This document shows positions 1 to 12,917 of a stretch of DNA of 64,000 bases, piece after piece; the stretch's first letter is position 1, and each line of letters opens with the position of its first letter. The translations under genes were made by a program, and so were the position numbers. The notes beneath the pieces are model-generated. The model ran no database searches and was not told the DNA's origin. It was given only the letters and a program-made list of their open reading frames with translations. The stretch comes from Halocafeteria seosinensis (Eukaryota), in assembly GCA_001687465.1 (NCBI GenBank), contig LVLI01000295.1, forward strand, positions 124,001 through 188,000. The letters run 5' to 3'.

Positions 1-1942
1 CTCCTCTGGTTTAGTACTTCCTCAATGGTCTTACCAAGAGTTCGTGCTTTCGTAATCTTCTAGACATCTCAAAACGCTTTCTTCGCAGTTGAACATCACA
101 ACTGCCGCAGCTGCTCTGGAATTGTATTGTATTTTACCGAGCTTACTTGTCACCTGAAAGAAAAAAACGAAGAAATTGTATACAGTCTTCCGATTCTCAG
201 CCGTCGAGATACCGTACCTGACGGATTTCTTCGAATGCATCCAGACGATCGAGGTGGTAATGCAACCATCTATCTTTGTCAGCCCATGGGGAATTTTCTT
301 GATACTTTTCTTCATAGATCTGGATGCAAAGAGAAGTTATTCGTGGAACACATATATACATGCAGAAAGTAACCCCTTGACCGAAACGCACCTTCAGCGT
401 ATCTATTGTATCCTGCAAGTGTTGAATCCGTCGCGTTTCACGGATGAGGTCGTAATTGTTGGCGAAAACGTTTACGTAAGCAACGAAGGTGTTCTCATAT
501 ACAGTATTTCCTGCATAAAATTGGTAATATTAAATCATATCTCCCTTTAGTCGTACGCAGTGACACCCCGTACCCATATGTTTCCCTTCTTCAACAGGAA
601 GCGCGAGTCCCATTCGACCACGTCGATATTTTACGGCGCTCTTCGTATTCAGGATCACTTTGATGTTATTTCCGGTAACCATACTGAAGCATTCCACGGA
701 ATCACTTGCTTGAATCAGCTAAACAGACTTACGGTCGGGATGAGACTTACGGGCGCTGTATCACTTTTGGGGGAAGCGCACAAGGCGCTGTCCAATCCGG
801 AGCTCGCGGATCGTACAACTTTGCGAAATGTAACGCTAATTCGGTTTCTGTTACGTCGCTTGGTAGGTTTTTGACAAGGACAGAGTAATCACTGGCGAGA
901 GGTTGAGGAAAGCTCCTCTTCACTTTCTGGGTTGTTATCTTGTACCAAAACCAAACAACAACGAAGAAGAATCCAAAGCTCGAAAAAGCATCGAGAAGAG
1001 ACACTATCATGGAAGCCTCGGCAAAGGTCATGGTAGTGGCGAACGGAACCTGCATCAGCGCATCCCCGGAACAATCGTAGCTGACACTTCTATTAAGCAT
1101 TAGAGCAATCGTTCAACACGCACATCAATTTTCTCGAATTCACAGTCTTGTGTATCATCCAGGAAGCATGGTGCGGTATATTCGCCACTCCTTTCGCCGT
1201 CACGAGCTCCCAAGTTACCTAGAGTTACCTGGGCTACTGTGAGGCCGTCCATGTCAATATTAGTAAATCGTCTTCCGGCGGACAGAATGGTTAGCGAAAA
1301 GATGGAGAGAACAGCGATAACCCAGAGAGATATAGCCATACATTTCTGCAAACTTGATATCACGTGAGGATATAGGGTTGCTGTCTCTTCAGAACATACG
1401 GAACGCTTACATGGAGTCCGAAATGCCATCGCATATTTGACGGTGCATCCTTCACTGTTGCCTTAGGCACTCGAGAATAGCAAAACTGACCTCTGCCTCC
1501 GAGCAGTTTCTTGTTATTACCAGCCACTTCCGCCTGCATATACGCTTTTTCAAGTCTATGTCGATGAGATGCCGTGGGACTTTGCTCATGCTCTTCTTAC
1601 CTGGGCAATTACTGGCGGCATCCATGGAAATTCATGTTGGACCACCAACTTAGCTCTGCGAATTTTACGGTTTCCTCCTACTTTAATGTTTGAGCTCGTC
1701 TCATCGTTGACTCTGCGCTTGTACTCATATGTCTGTATTTGTTCCTGAACATTGGCTTTCACCGTCTCCGCGTCAGCCACTACTCTCCCTGGCTGCTTGC
1801 GTAGATTGAGCGTTTTATTCGCTCTTTTCGCTCCTATTCTCTTGTGGATCTTTCGCTGCCGATGATCAAAGAGGTCCTGGTAGTACTTGTTTTTCTCGAA
1901 TTTGTCGATGGCAGCTGCACTGTCTTCTTGTTTGTCATCCAT
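1..1942 (-). CDS. OSCA/TMEM63 (CSC1)-like mechano/osmosensitive channel, 5' part; runs off the window start
   Basis: Multi-exon: ORFs 1586-1942, 1100-1429, 747-1100 and 31-315. N-terminal TM with 'VTLGNL', a second TM followed by 'ASDYSVLVKNLP', then an RRM-like 'AVVMFNCEESVLRCLEDY'. These are typical OSCA N-terminal and cytosolic motifs. Exon boundaries are not fully resolved. Confidence 0.7.
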
Positions 1943-2889
1943 CTTTCGTAGCCGTTGTCATCAACAAGATGTCGGTTGCTCAAACTCGGTTCTCCCACTA
2001 AGCCCACTAGCCAGGGAATGCATTATATCGCATGTCACAGCGTCATGAGTAAAGGATTCTATGGGGCAGTGTCGAGTCGACACAAACACATGGATTTAAT
2101 ATGGTGTGGATTAACGCCTTGTAGCCGACTTCAATGTTTGTTGAAGTGCTGGCCAGCACAGAATTGGGTGGGATCGCTACTAAGGAACGGCATTAGTGGC
2201 ATTGTTTGTAACTTGGTTTCAACAGAGTGCTGGAAAGGAATGATCCAAACTCGGTGTGTTCGAAAGTAGCAATGTCGTCGGCGTTTGTGGGGCAAGTTGC
2301 CGTGGCAGTCGTGCAGAAAGAAGCAACGATGTTTGTCATAAGCTGAAACGCGGGCGCCACAATATGTCTATTGCGGATCTATGCGCTACAAAACATTACT
2401 CGATGCTAAAGGATTTTGCACAGCGTGTCATTCAGTACAAGTGGTAGCATCCAGCCCCAGTACAGGTGGAACTGGAATTCACTGTGTTCGCTAAGCCAGC
2501 TAAGCTCTGAGAGAATATCCTGTAGCATCCATCGATTCTACAACAGCTTGCTTCGACACTTCAGGCCTGGACTCTCGAATTTAATCAATTCGCGCTCTCC
2601 CTCTTCTTCTCCTTCACTGCTTCACTCTGGAGCGTCTGGTGCGAACTTCAATCGCGATCAGGTCGCAAGCACAAAATTGAGCCATATGATGACAAAAAAG
2701 GCGCATTGTGAAACCGCTTGGTCTTGCATGTTTCGGCATATAGTATCAAATATTGTAGTACACTCCATCTCGGTTGAAACGTTTTGAGCGCTTCAGGAGC
2801 GGCAGCTCTGGAACTTGCGGGAGCGCTTCGTCCTAACGGTTGGAGAGGTTTTTCGTGGAAGTCGCTCAACTCGAAAGCCCCAAAATAAA

Positions 2890-5688
2890 ATGAGCAACAA
2901 TGAGGAGAAGGAAAATATGGACGGAAGCTTTTCGAGAAAGCAGGCGGTGCCGAATCAACCGACACTTTTAGGAGCAAAGAGTTTCCAGAATTTACGCGGT
3001 TCTTCCCCCATGGAAGCCGAAGGCAGCGTTAGCAGTGGAGATGAGCAATCCTCCCCATCTCCTGAGCAAACCAAAAGTACATCCTTCCCGCCTATCGGCG
3101 GTGCTGGTGCAGCAAATGCCTCGGGATCAGCTGCGAAACAAGAAGATGTTATGGAAACGGCAAAAAAACCGATCTGGCTTCTGACTGGAGAGGAAGATAG
3201 CGCTGAGTACCGGAAACGTAAAATGGAGCAAGCAAAATTACGCCCTCGGTCCTTGAGCCAAATCGAGCTCCCTTCCAAAAGCGGCGGAGCTACTCCAAGA
3301 TCTCGTGGAAATACAACGAGCGCGTTTGAAAGCGCTCAGATGGAGGAAATGGAAGGTGGAACTCCCCTACGACGTTCTCACACAACTTCGGAAGCGGTAG
3401 AGCAGCGCCGTGAAGAGACAGATCAATCAGAGCAACTACAGAATACAGGGATACAAGAAGAGAAGAAGATAGACAGCGATAAAGCTCCTAGTGTCCGTAA
3501 AGAAGAATCTACGACCACGTCGATGGAACGCATGCCTGGACTCGACGAGTCATTAGTGAGTGATGGAGAGGGTAAACGAGGCCAGGAATCGCACGGTGGG
3601 GGTTCAGCACCGCGACGAGACACGCGTAGATCCTCAGCAGCTATGGAAGACAAAGAACAGTCCACCTTTCAACTTCAGGAACAAATCCGCAAGTTTATGG
3701 CCCGTAGGGACAAGGTTATTAAGGAACGCAAAGAAGTAGAGGCATATCAACGGCTGCTGCGAGAGTAAGATTTACTATTGTTTCCTCCATATTTGCCGAG
3801 CTTTCTATGCTTTCTATTATGGTGTGCAGAGCCATTGACAAATTAAACGAATCACGAGGCAAAATGGGTGGATATCATGCTGTTCAAGAGAATGAAGGTA
3901 AGATAACAGAATTGCAAGTCTTTCATAGACCCTTTGTATATGATTCAATTTTGTTGTGCAGCGGTGATGGAGAGAAACCTTGAAATATTGGAAAAGCGCG
4001 TTGCGAAAGCTAACGTTGACTTAATGGAAGAGCGCACTAACAATGAACACTTACGCCGGGCAGTTGATGAGCGGAGGAAACAAAAGAATGCAAAGGAGGA
4101 GGCTATCCAGAAACTAGAGGTCGAAAATGAGAATATCAAATCAAAAATTAAGAAATATGAACAGGTACGTTGCAGAATCGTTATTGTTTTATATCTTCAG
4201 GGCCATTCTGTTATGTGCTTCAATGTTCAGGACATCGACGAATACGACCGAACGCGGGAGCGTGTCGAAGAAGATATTGATGTAGCTCTGAATGAAACGA
4301 AGTCACGGCTTGCCGAATTGGAGAACGAGTACGAGGTCCTTGAGGATACTATCAATAAATCGAAATTTCAAATGGACCTTCCTGTGCCCAAAGTTTCTGG
4401 ACAGGACTCATCCGTGTATGAGGACGAGAGTCATGCGGTAACTAAGGAAGAAGCTGAGAGTGTTATCTCCAAGCACGGCTTTGGAAGCCCCTTAAAGGCG
4501 TGCAAGTCTCCCGAGCGGAGTAAGGATAAATCAAAAGACCGATGGCCCAACATACATGAGGCCCTACAAAGTATCGATAAGTCAGAAGATCCAACATTGA
4601 CGCTGAAGCAGATCTGGGAACAGGTCTCCTGGGTAACAGGCATCGAGTCGCCAGAGGAATTTTCGAACAGATTTATGGAGGGTAATGAACTTAATTACAA
4701 TTTGTTCCGGCGTCTCGATGGATTGAAAAAAGAATCGGAAGAGTTGAGGAGTAGAATACAGCAGGTACGTAGAACAACGCCCGCGTCTTCGACTGCTCTC
4801 AGTCTTCCATGTGCGCTTTGTTGCAGTACCGAAATGAAATTGAGCAAAGAGAGCATGAGCTGCGTGTAACGGACACAGAGCGGAAAGGAGTATTTGAATC
4901 AATGCAGAAGCAAATAAACCAGGCAAAGCAGAAAAAGAAAAGGTAAGCTCGTGTGCCTGCTACTAAATACTCATTGCACTTAGCGTTCTAATTGTATGCG
5001 CTGCAGGCAAGCGCAAGAAATCGAGATTCTCCAACAGGCACAGAAAGAGCTTGGCGACGGTGTTAAGCGATTACTGGAAACATTAGATGCTAATGTTCCT
5101 GTTTCCCATGCTACTGAGGGTAGTGACTGCCGTAGATTATATTCAATGTTCGAATACCGATTGAAGCAGGTACTAAGCGCTTACGCTCGTTTTACTGGCC
5201 AACTTCCATCTGGTCGGCGGAAGTCTACCGAAGAGCAGTCTGTTAGTCAAACTCTTCCGAAGCACAGTTCAGCGGCTCAATCAATGGATGCTACCAAGCC
5301 GTTGTCCAACGTAGAACGACGACAGTATATTGATCTCTCTATCATGGACATCCGTAAGGGAATGCTCGCAGCGGCGGCGGACGAGTATGTTGGTGTGCAG
5401 ACACCGCGTAGTGAGCAAGAAGAACCTCAAGAAGAAGCTGCCGAAGAGGAAGCCGGGCGATCTTCTCCAACTCGGCAAGGCAAGAGTCATCAGTTGCACG
5501 TACAAACCAGTAGTAGCAGTCAACGAGATCATCTACTACAACCAGCTAACTTTGTTGTCGGCCCTGATTCCCCAGTAAGATCGCGTCCCACTTCTACTCC
5601 AAAACCGCGTACTGAAGTGCCTTCACCCAAGAATATGCGCACCCTAGAGCAGGCCGAATTTAGTGCAGCAAAAAATGACAAATTATAA
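2890..5688 (+). CDS. Coiled-coil protein, outer dynein arm docking complex ODA1/CCDC114/CCDC63-like
   Basis: Spliced (GT-AG introns near 3766, 3898, 4165, 4765, 4942). Long coiled coil with 'EEFSNRFMEGNELNYNLFRRLDGLKKESEELRSRIQQ', resembling the conserved ODAD1 segment. Low-complexity termini. Confidence 0.55.
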
Positions 5689-5734
5689 CTGCAAAAGATT
5701 ACATTTAGTCGCTGTTGTGTCATTTTACATACTA

Positions 5735-8073
5735 CTAATGGAAGTAACCGACAGTATCCCAGAATGAACACATTTCTTGACTATTCTCAGTATAAATGTC
5801 AACTTTTGTGCCGTTGCCAAACCCGATATTCGGTCTGTTCTCAACATTCCACAAGGGCCATTGCACCGGAACGTCTTGTCCTTTGTTAGGGTTCCCCGTG
5901 CTAACAAAATTTGTCCAATAGCGTTGCATAGTCTGGGAGAATTCAGCCTCCGCCTTGGTGAAAGTACCGTTTACTTGGGGAACATCATTGTGAAAGACAA
6001 ACGGCAGCTCGCTTGCATGACAAACCTGCAATGCAAAACCGGAATTATCAGTGGCGTATGGGTTGACGAAAACGATTCCAAAAATAGATGTGCCTACCTT
6101 CGTTACGCAAATTGAAGGCAGACCAAACTTGTGGTAAATATCCGCATGGGAGAATATGTGGGAGAACCGATAGACGTACGCGCCTACGCCTTTACTGACC
6201 AATGCGGTAGCGAATTTTTGAGAAGAACATCGGAAAAGGTAGTCCTGGAGAATAAAAGCTTTTGAAATAAAATACAGGCGTGTGTCGCTGATAGACACCG
6301 ACATACCGTGAGCGTCTGCGATATTATTACCCGGGCATCATCAGTAGTATTCGGAGCATAACGAGGTCGCGCCGAGATCCTCTTGGAGTTGTCTATACCA
6401 AAAACGACATCATAGAATATCGGTGCCAAAAACGAGGGCAGTGGGTTTTCAATGGCAGCATAAATGAAGGTTGATCCCTCATTACGGTTGGTACCCAGGA
6501 GAAGCGGAACGTCTGTGAAATTTCCTTCCTCTACGGCTTTCAACGGCTCCTGGGGAATCACCTTCCCATCAATCGTTGGGGTAAATTGAAGAAAACCTGC
6601 AAGGCCAATAATTTTCGTCATATAAGCCTTTGGGTGACCATTGACTCGAATACCGTACCATCGAGTAAGTGTCGCCAATTTGCCTCGATGAACGTCCACA
6701 CATCTCCTCCTGCCTTCTTCCAGGCATTATTGACATCTTTAATGGTGGCATTTTGCATGCATTTGAGGTTGCATTTAGATTCAGCAACAACGATCTGAAG
6801 TTCTTCCTTTGTCAGGTATTCTGAGTCTTCTAACGCTGATTTCGCAAATAGGTGTCGGAGCGCATCAGGGGCCGAAGACGGATGGAGTCCGTTTTTGTTG
6901 CCGTCGATGCGTTTTGCTCGGTCGCTCGTTTCGCAGCATTGGAGGACAGAGCAAACTTTGAGACCATAGTATGCCGCCTCTTCCTCGTTCTTGTAAACGA
7001 AGCCTGAGGGATTACTCTCCATTAAACCTTGATGGAATAAGCCTTTCGAGCTTGGAGATACCATGTGGAAACCCACACTCATTGCTCCTGCGCTTTCTCC
7101 CCAAACAGTCACTCTCGAATGATTTCCTCCGAATACTCCGATATTATCTCGAACCCACTTCAAGGCCATTTGCTGATCGAGGAAACCTTGGTTGCCGGGT
7201 AACTCTTCTGTAACAATAAAGCCATAAGCTCCCAGCCTGCATCGTTATCATTGTCGAAGATAAACATTAATAAGTAAAATTTGGAAAAATTAAACTACTT
7301 CATCTTACCTATAATTGGAAGTGACTACGACAACATCTCCGTGAGATGACATGTAGTTGCCTTCGTAGATACCAAATGGTCCTTGGTTGCTACCTTCTTG
7401 AAACCCACCTGAGACGAAGGGCAAAGTCGCTGAGCTCTTCTTGGAGTAATACGTTCAAGACACAGATATATCCTCACCTCCATGGAAGAAAATCATCACA
7501 GGCCAGCCATTCGCTGGTGGTGCTGAAGCCGGAGTGTACACATTCAAGTTCAGGCAGTCCTCGGATTGAACCTGACGACGCAAAACCTCGGTGACACTAG
7601 GATACAGCTAAGGGAGACAACTTCGGTCGATTCGGGCTCACTTTAGGGACATCTGCGTTGTGATGAGTTTGGGGACAACCAGGACCGAATGTTGTGGCAT
7701 TGAATACACCATTCCAAGGAGCGCGTCTCTGGGGAGGCCGGAAGCGGTTCTCTCCTCCGGTGGATGCTGCGTAAGGGATACCCTTCCAGAACTGTACATG
7801 GCTCGAATTAACCAGAAGAGTCATATGCATACAATGTGTGAGGAAAATTAAAGTCTAACATACTTTGGCATTTTCTTCAGGAAGCTCAATTCCTTGCACA
7901 ATTCCGTCTCCGTTCGGCAATTTTGCATAAACATACTGGGTGCCAGAGGCATCCTTCCCTTTCTGCTTTGACCCACGAACAGAATTCGATGGTGGAGCGT
8001 CTATTCCGCGTGACGCAGAGGCCAGAAGCGCCCCTTGCAACGCAATATACGCTAAAATCAGAGAGGATCTCAT
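5735..8073 (-). CDS. Secreted type-B carboxylesterase/cholinesterase-like hydrolase
   Basis: Signal peptide; 'WKGIPYA', 'SEDCLNLNVYTP', 'HGGGF', nucleophile 'WGESAG', acid 'GTNRNEG', His 'CHASEL'; multi-exon. Confidence 0.92.
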
Positions 8074-8878
8074 CCTGGGAACTGCACCGGGCGGACTCTG
8101 TTCAAACGGTCGGTATCCACGAATACGAGGGTGGAGACAATACTAGCATAGTAATATAAACTTCCTCGATTGTCTGTTCGGATCAACCCTTTGAAAACGA
8201 GCATATGACTCCGTATGCCTATAGAACAAGGGGGAATTGCGTCTTCAAGCACCTTCAAGAGGCTGCCAAAGTGCTCAGCGTCAGATGCTGTACAAACCCT
8301 ACCTTCGATGTAACAATCAACTGGCGATTGATGTGCTTCTTGCATAGCAAATGTTGGACGAATGTGCAAGGAAAGTGTTGTACCATTGGTCTTGCTTGAG
8401 AAGTGTACGAAAGGCGAGAAAATGACAGAGAGATTCACGTATGTAGACATAGCAAGCACCCTTAAATGGTGGGCACGACCGCACTCAATGGCTCGTAAAG
8501 AGAAGTGACGTGGGGAGTATCCCAAAAATGTATATACTTCCTGATACCGGTAATACACTCGAACTCACGTCCTGGAGGGTGGGTAACATGCGCAGCCTTA
8601 AGTTTCCCTCGATGGTACTGTCTTCTTCTTGCATAATCGTCATAACTGTAGCTGAAAACATCACTTCCGCCAATTCAAAGGCCCAATTGAGTTCGGGAGT
8701 CCAATTCTAATGGACAACGGGGGCCTCCTCACGGGAGCCTGGAATTTGTCGCCGACAAAATTGACGGATCATGTATTCTGGCGTATTGTTTGATGCCGGT
8801 GTTCAAAGTTCCAACCACAAATTCGTCAAATAATAGCTACAGGGACTGTTGTATACAAGTGTTTAGAATAGCCCAACA

Positions 8879-10105
8879 ATGTCGTCATCATCATCATCAT
8901 CACAAGGGAAATCGGTGGGGTTTGAGGGCCAAGCGCAGCCCACACAGCAGACGAGAGCCTCTGCTAAAGGCGGCAAGTATGGGCAGAGTGATTCTGCAGG
9001 CGCAGAAGAAGCAGCAGTAGCCAATCAAGACACTCACCCTGAGGAAGAAGAGGAGGATGTGGATATGCAAGGCAATCAAGCAGAGGGTATCCAACCAGAG
9101 TCCAGTCAAGCACAAGCATCAGCTAATGGAGACGAAGGCGGCGACGCTGAGGGCCAATCGACAAATGTGAGAGCGCCTTCGAGGTCGGTCTATGTGCCTA
9201 TCGTATACGGGACCATGTCCTGGTGGCTGGGGCGCCCTGGTCCAGGATCAGACAAGGAGCATTCTCACAGATGGAAAGCCTACGTGAGGGGAGCTGATGG
9301 ACGAGACATCTCATACGCTGTACGAGCTGTTGTTTTCAAATTGCACCCATCCTTTGCGAATCCAGATAGAGGTATGTATTTCTCCATATTCGGATCTTGC
9401 CTAATGTGGGAGCTCATATATGTCTTGTGCGCAGAAGTAACTTCACCACCGTTTGAATTGAATGAAACTGGTTGGGGAGAGTTTGACCTTCATATCAAAA
9501 TATTCTTCCACGATTTGAATGCCAAACCGATCACACGAAAACACACCCTACGTCTATATCATAATGGAGGGCAAATTTCCAAAGAAGCTGTACGTGAGAC
9601 TGGACAGGTTCTTGGCGTGTAATTGATATTGTTTTGCCCCCCATTCATGTTGAACGCAGCCTGTAGTATCTGAAAACTATGATGAAATCGTTTTCAACGA
9701 TTTGCATAAATTTAATCCACAAATTAGGGAGCAGCTTCTGCGCGGTCCTCAGAAGCAAGAAGAAGAACACGAAGGTGCCGAATACCATCAGGAGTTTTCT
9801 CCTGACGATGACTTAAGAGGCATTGCACAAGCACATGCGTTTATAACTGCAGAAACTGAACGTATGTGTTTTTATTTATTGTGTGTCGATTTAGGGCAAA
9901 ATATTGTCATTTCTTCCGCTTCTTTGGTTTATCTCTTTTTCCAGGCCTGAGAGAGCGCCTTGCAAGAGCAGACGCTGAAGCCGAAGCTTTGAGTGTTGAT
10001 ATCATGCAACTTGGTGGTTCACCAACCGACTATTTAAGCGATGTAGTGACACATCGAATGGCCTCTCAAGTTGCAGAGTCTATAGCTCGTCAAGAAACGG
10101 GATAA
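8879..10105 (+). CDS. YAF9: YEATS-domain acyl-lysine reader (Yaf9/GAS41)
   Basis: 'HSHRWKAYVRG', 'FKLHPSFANP', 'PPFELNETGWGEF', 'VVSENYDEIVF', C-terminal coiled coil; three short introns. Confidence 0.9.
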
Positions 10106-10443
10106 TTTTGTTGGTTGAAAATACAATACACAGAGAGTGTTTGAAGGTTCCGCAACAGTTGATATTTCTGGTGCGCATATGTCTCTACTACTTTGATAGC
10201 TCCACAGCTACAGCTGTGAACAGTGGTCAGTTGCTAATGATTGTTCGTTATACTCTTTGGCACCAAGGGTTATCATCCAAACCAGATCGCAACTCGCATT
10301 GACTCTCGCAACCCCCAGGTTCACAACCCTCCTACAGCTTAAGCGTGGTTATACAGAGGCATGTTGTGGGATTTGTGCGTGCATCTCCCAGTTTCACTCT
10401 TACCATATGATTGTTGTTCAAGGTTTATGGTGATAGGCCGACG

Positions 10444-11958
10444 ATGGTACAGCATCGGCAACAGTGGAATGCTCTCGTGTGCCTTGTGGTGGGGGGCTGC
10501 ATGCACTATGTTAGTGCTGCTGCAGGAGTACAGGAGACGGGAGGACCTGGTTCCCGTCCTGGATCCGGTCTGCACAATATGGACCACGAGAAGCACAAGT
10601 TAGTGGAGGAGGCGTTACAGAAATCATACAGAGATAAAGGCCCGGTCTTTGCGGCGCAAGATGGAAGCACGAGGCTCAGTCGACAGCCGAAAAATGAAGA
10701 AGCGTCGGATTATTTGGATAAAGTGAAGCCCTCAAATTATGAAGACTTCGAGGACATGGAAGATGTGGATGAAATGGGGGACATGCCCGAAGACTACGAT
10801 GAGGAGGATGGACTCCCCATGGGAGACACTGATTTCGAAGATGAACCCTTCGGAGTGGAAGACTCTGTGGTTGAACCAAAGGCTTTACCAAAGGGGCGAA
10901 AACCTATTAAGATTATCAGAAAGGACCCAACGCAATCATACTATAATGGCCCCACCTTTGGGGGCCCAACAGAACCACAGTTTGACGCCTTACAGCCCCT
11001 CTTCGCCAGGGAACCGTCAGCGTTCTCAGGACCACCAGCTTTAAAAGAGCTGGTGGGTAGGTGCTTTGTGCACACCAAGTTCCCGTACACCTACAATTTT
11101 TGCCCCTTCAAGAATATAACTCAGCAAGACAAAGAAAAGAACTCTCAAGTTCTCTTAGGGTAAGTGTTGGAGGACTCTATTATGATGCTGCTGTGTGGAT
11201 GGTTATTGAGGAAGGGTTTCATTACAGCCTTTGGAAGGAATGGACTTCGGAGTTGTCGTCTTCTCCTGTACTGCCAGAGCAATTATACACTGATGGCCAG
11301 CAATGTGCTATTGGACATCGTGCAACTACTGTATGTTAAGCGCATTGGGCCGCGTCGATGAGCTTTCCATACTCACGTTTCTGATGTGCAGGTGGAACTC
11401 AAGTGTGGCAATGTTAACAGCTTGGATAGTGTGAAAGAACCACGGAGTTGTGAGTATACGGCTACCTTCTCTTCGCCACTAGCGTGTTTAAAGGAGGGGG
11501 CTAATTCTTCTGGGCCTTCTGCGGATACAATGTGCCTGGATTGCCGCATGAGATGCCACAAAGCTTTGCAGGGCTGCACGCAATCATGTCACGAAAGACC
11601 TGTTTGCAAATATGCCGAATCTAAAGTATCTTCCACCTCAAATGTTGTACAGACGACAGAATCCAGCTTCATGCGGGCGTCCGAACTTTTACAGAAGGTG
11701 AAACTCTCAAAGGATATCAGCTCTGGGAATATATCCGCCACTCTCGTAGAGGACAAATTGATTGATCTTATCAGTGATTTGGCCTCTCTACGGGAAGATC
11801 ACAGTGGTATTTCCAACACAGTTACAAACACTCAAAACGCGGGGCAACAGTCCACGACTGGCCCAAATACTGCAGGCGAGGGTTCTACCAGTACTAACTC
11901 ACAGAAAGAAGAAAGCAGTAAAGATAAGCCGGATTCGTATCGTTCTCTATATAAGTGA
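10444..11958 (+). CDS. MRH-domain protein, GlcNAc-1-phosphotransferase gamma-like (PRKCSH family)
   Basis: Signal peptide, acidic stretch, 'PSAFSGPPALKELVGRCF..YTYNFCPFKNITQ..LLG', 'YTDGQQC..HR.TTVELKCG', 'KEPRSCEY'; no C-terminal HDEL; two introns. Confidence 0.75.
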
Positions 11959-12917
11959 ATCCGATATATGCGTGAATGTCATCTCTAGTGGTCAGCTGAG
12001 GAATCATATTCATCGGCGGGACGTCGGTTGGCCTAAGTCGATTCAACGTTGGTTATACAGCCCCAGCTCCCCAATTTCTTAACTCTCTTTCTCTAGAGTA
12101 TGCAATGAGTAAGGATAAGCTTATATTTAGTTGAGTATGTATACCCCTGATTTTTATCAAATCGCTAAGCCAATCGTGATGTGAGCAGCTTCGGGCTAGA
12201 GTTTAGAGCGTGCGCTATTTGTACGTTGGGGACAAGTCGAGTTTAGCCTGTACTCAAAACCATATAGCGTGGGAAGCTGCGTAACCCTCTCGTAGAACGA
12301 ACATCTCATTATATCATGAAACATCGTCACTGTCTCCCTAGCTGCTGGTAGAATGCTTCGTAGACCCGTCGGAACAATCAAGGGGTACTCCGACTATCTT
12401 CTCTAAGCAGTCACTGCACTGCTTTTTCGTTTCTTTACGTAGACAGGATCTTCGAGAGGGAGACTACCGTGTCCATACGCATACTTTGACTCTTCACTGT
12501 TGTGAGATAAAGATTCCGGGCCCACATACTTCACTGGACGCTGAATATCAACCAGACGCTTTTCGTTCCTTTCTGCGCAGACCAGAGACGTCAGTACCAG
12601 CTATCATCAACTTTATAGTGCATTGCGTCGTCGATTGGTCACTCATATCCCCGTCCTAGCGAATACGGGTGGTAGACTCCCGTGGGTGGGTGTTGCCTAC
12701 GTCCTACCAAGCGACACTGGCTGGCTACAATGGTAAGCAACTAGTAGCTTGGGACGAGTCGGCCTCGCTCAGCTTCACAAGGGTTCCAGGCTGACACATT
12801 GCCGGTAATATACAGACAGCCATAGGGTTTGGATATGTCCAATGTTGCGACAAAGAGAGTGTTTTGTTGACTGTCTCGACACGTGTGGGAGTATGAGTCC
12901 GGAACGTATACGCACAA

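Noticed and set aside
1955..2815. Several short ORFs between the divergent OSCA-like and ODAD-like genes
   Set aside because: No recognisable domain or splice structure.
8070..8673. Minus-strand ORFs (162 and 62 aa) between the carboxylesterase and YEATS genes, with a faint Med18-like impression
   Set aside because: No consistent spliced model with an ATG and no convincing motif. It may be a small gene, but I cannot support it.
11990..12860. Possible small minus-strand gene (exon-like ERNEKRLVDIQRP..KKRKSSAVTA*) or ncRNA
   Set aside because: Upstream exon and start not resolvable; no RNA family motif seen.
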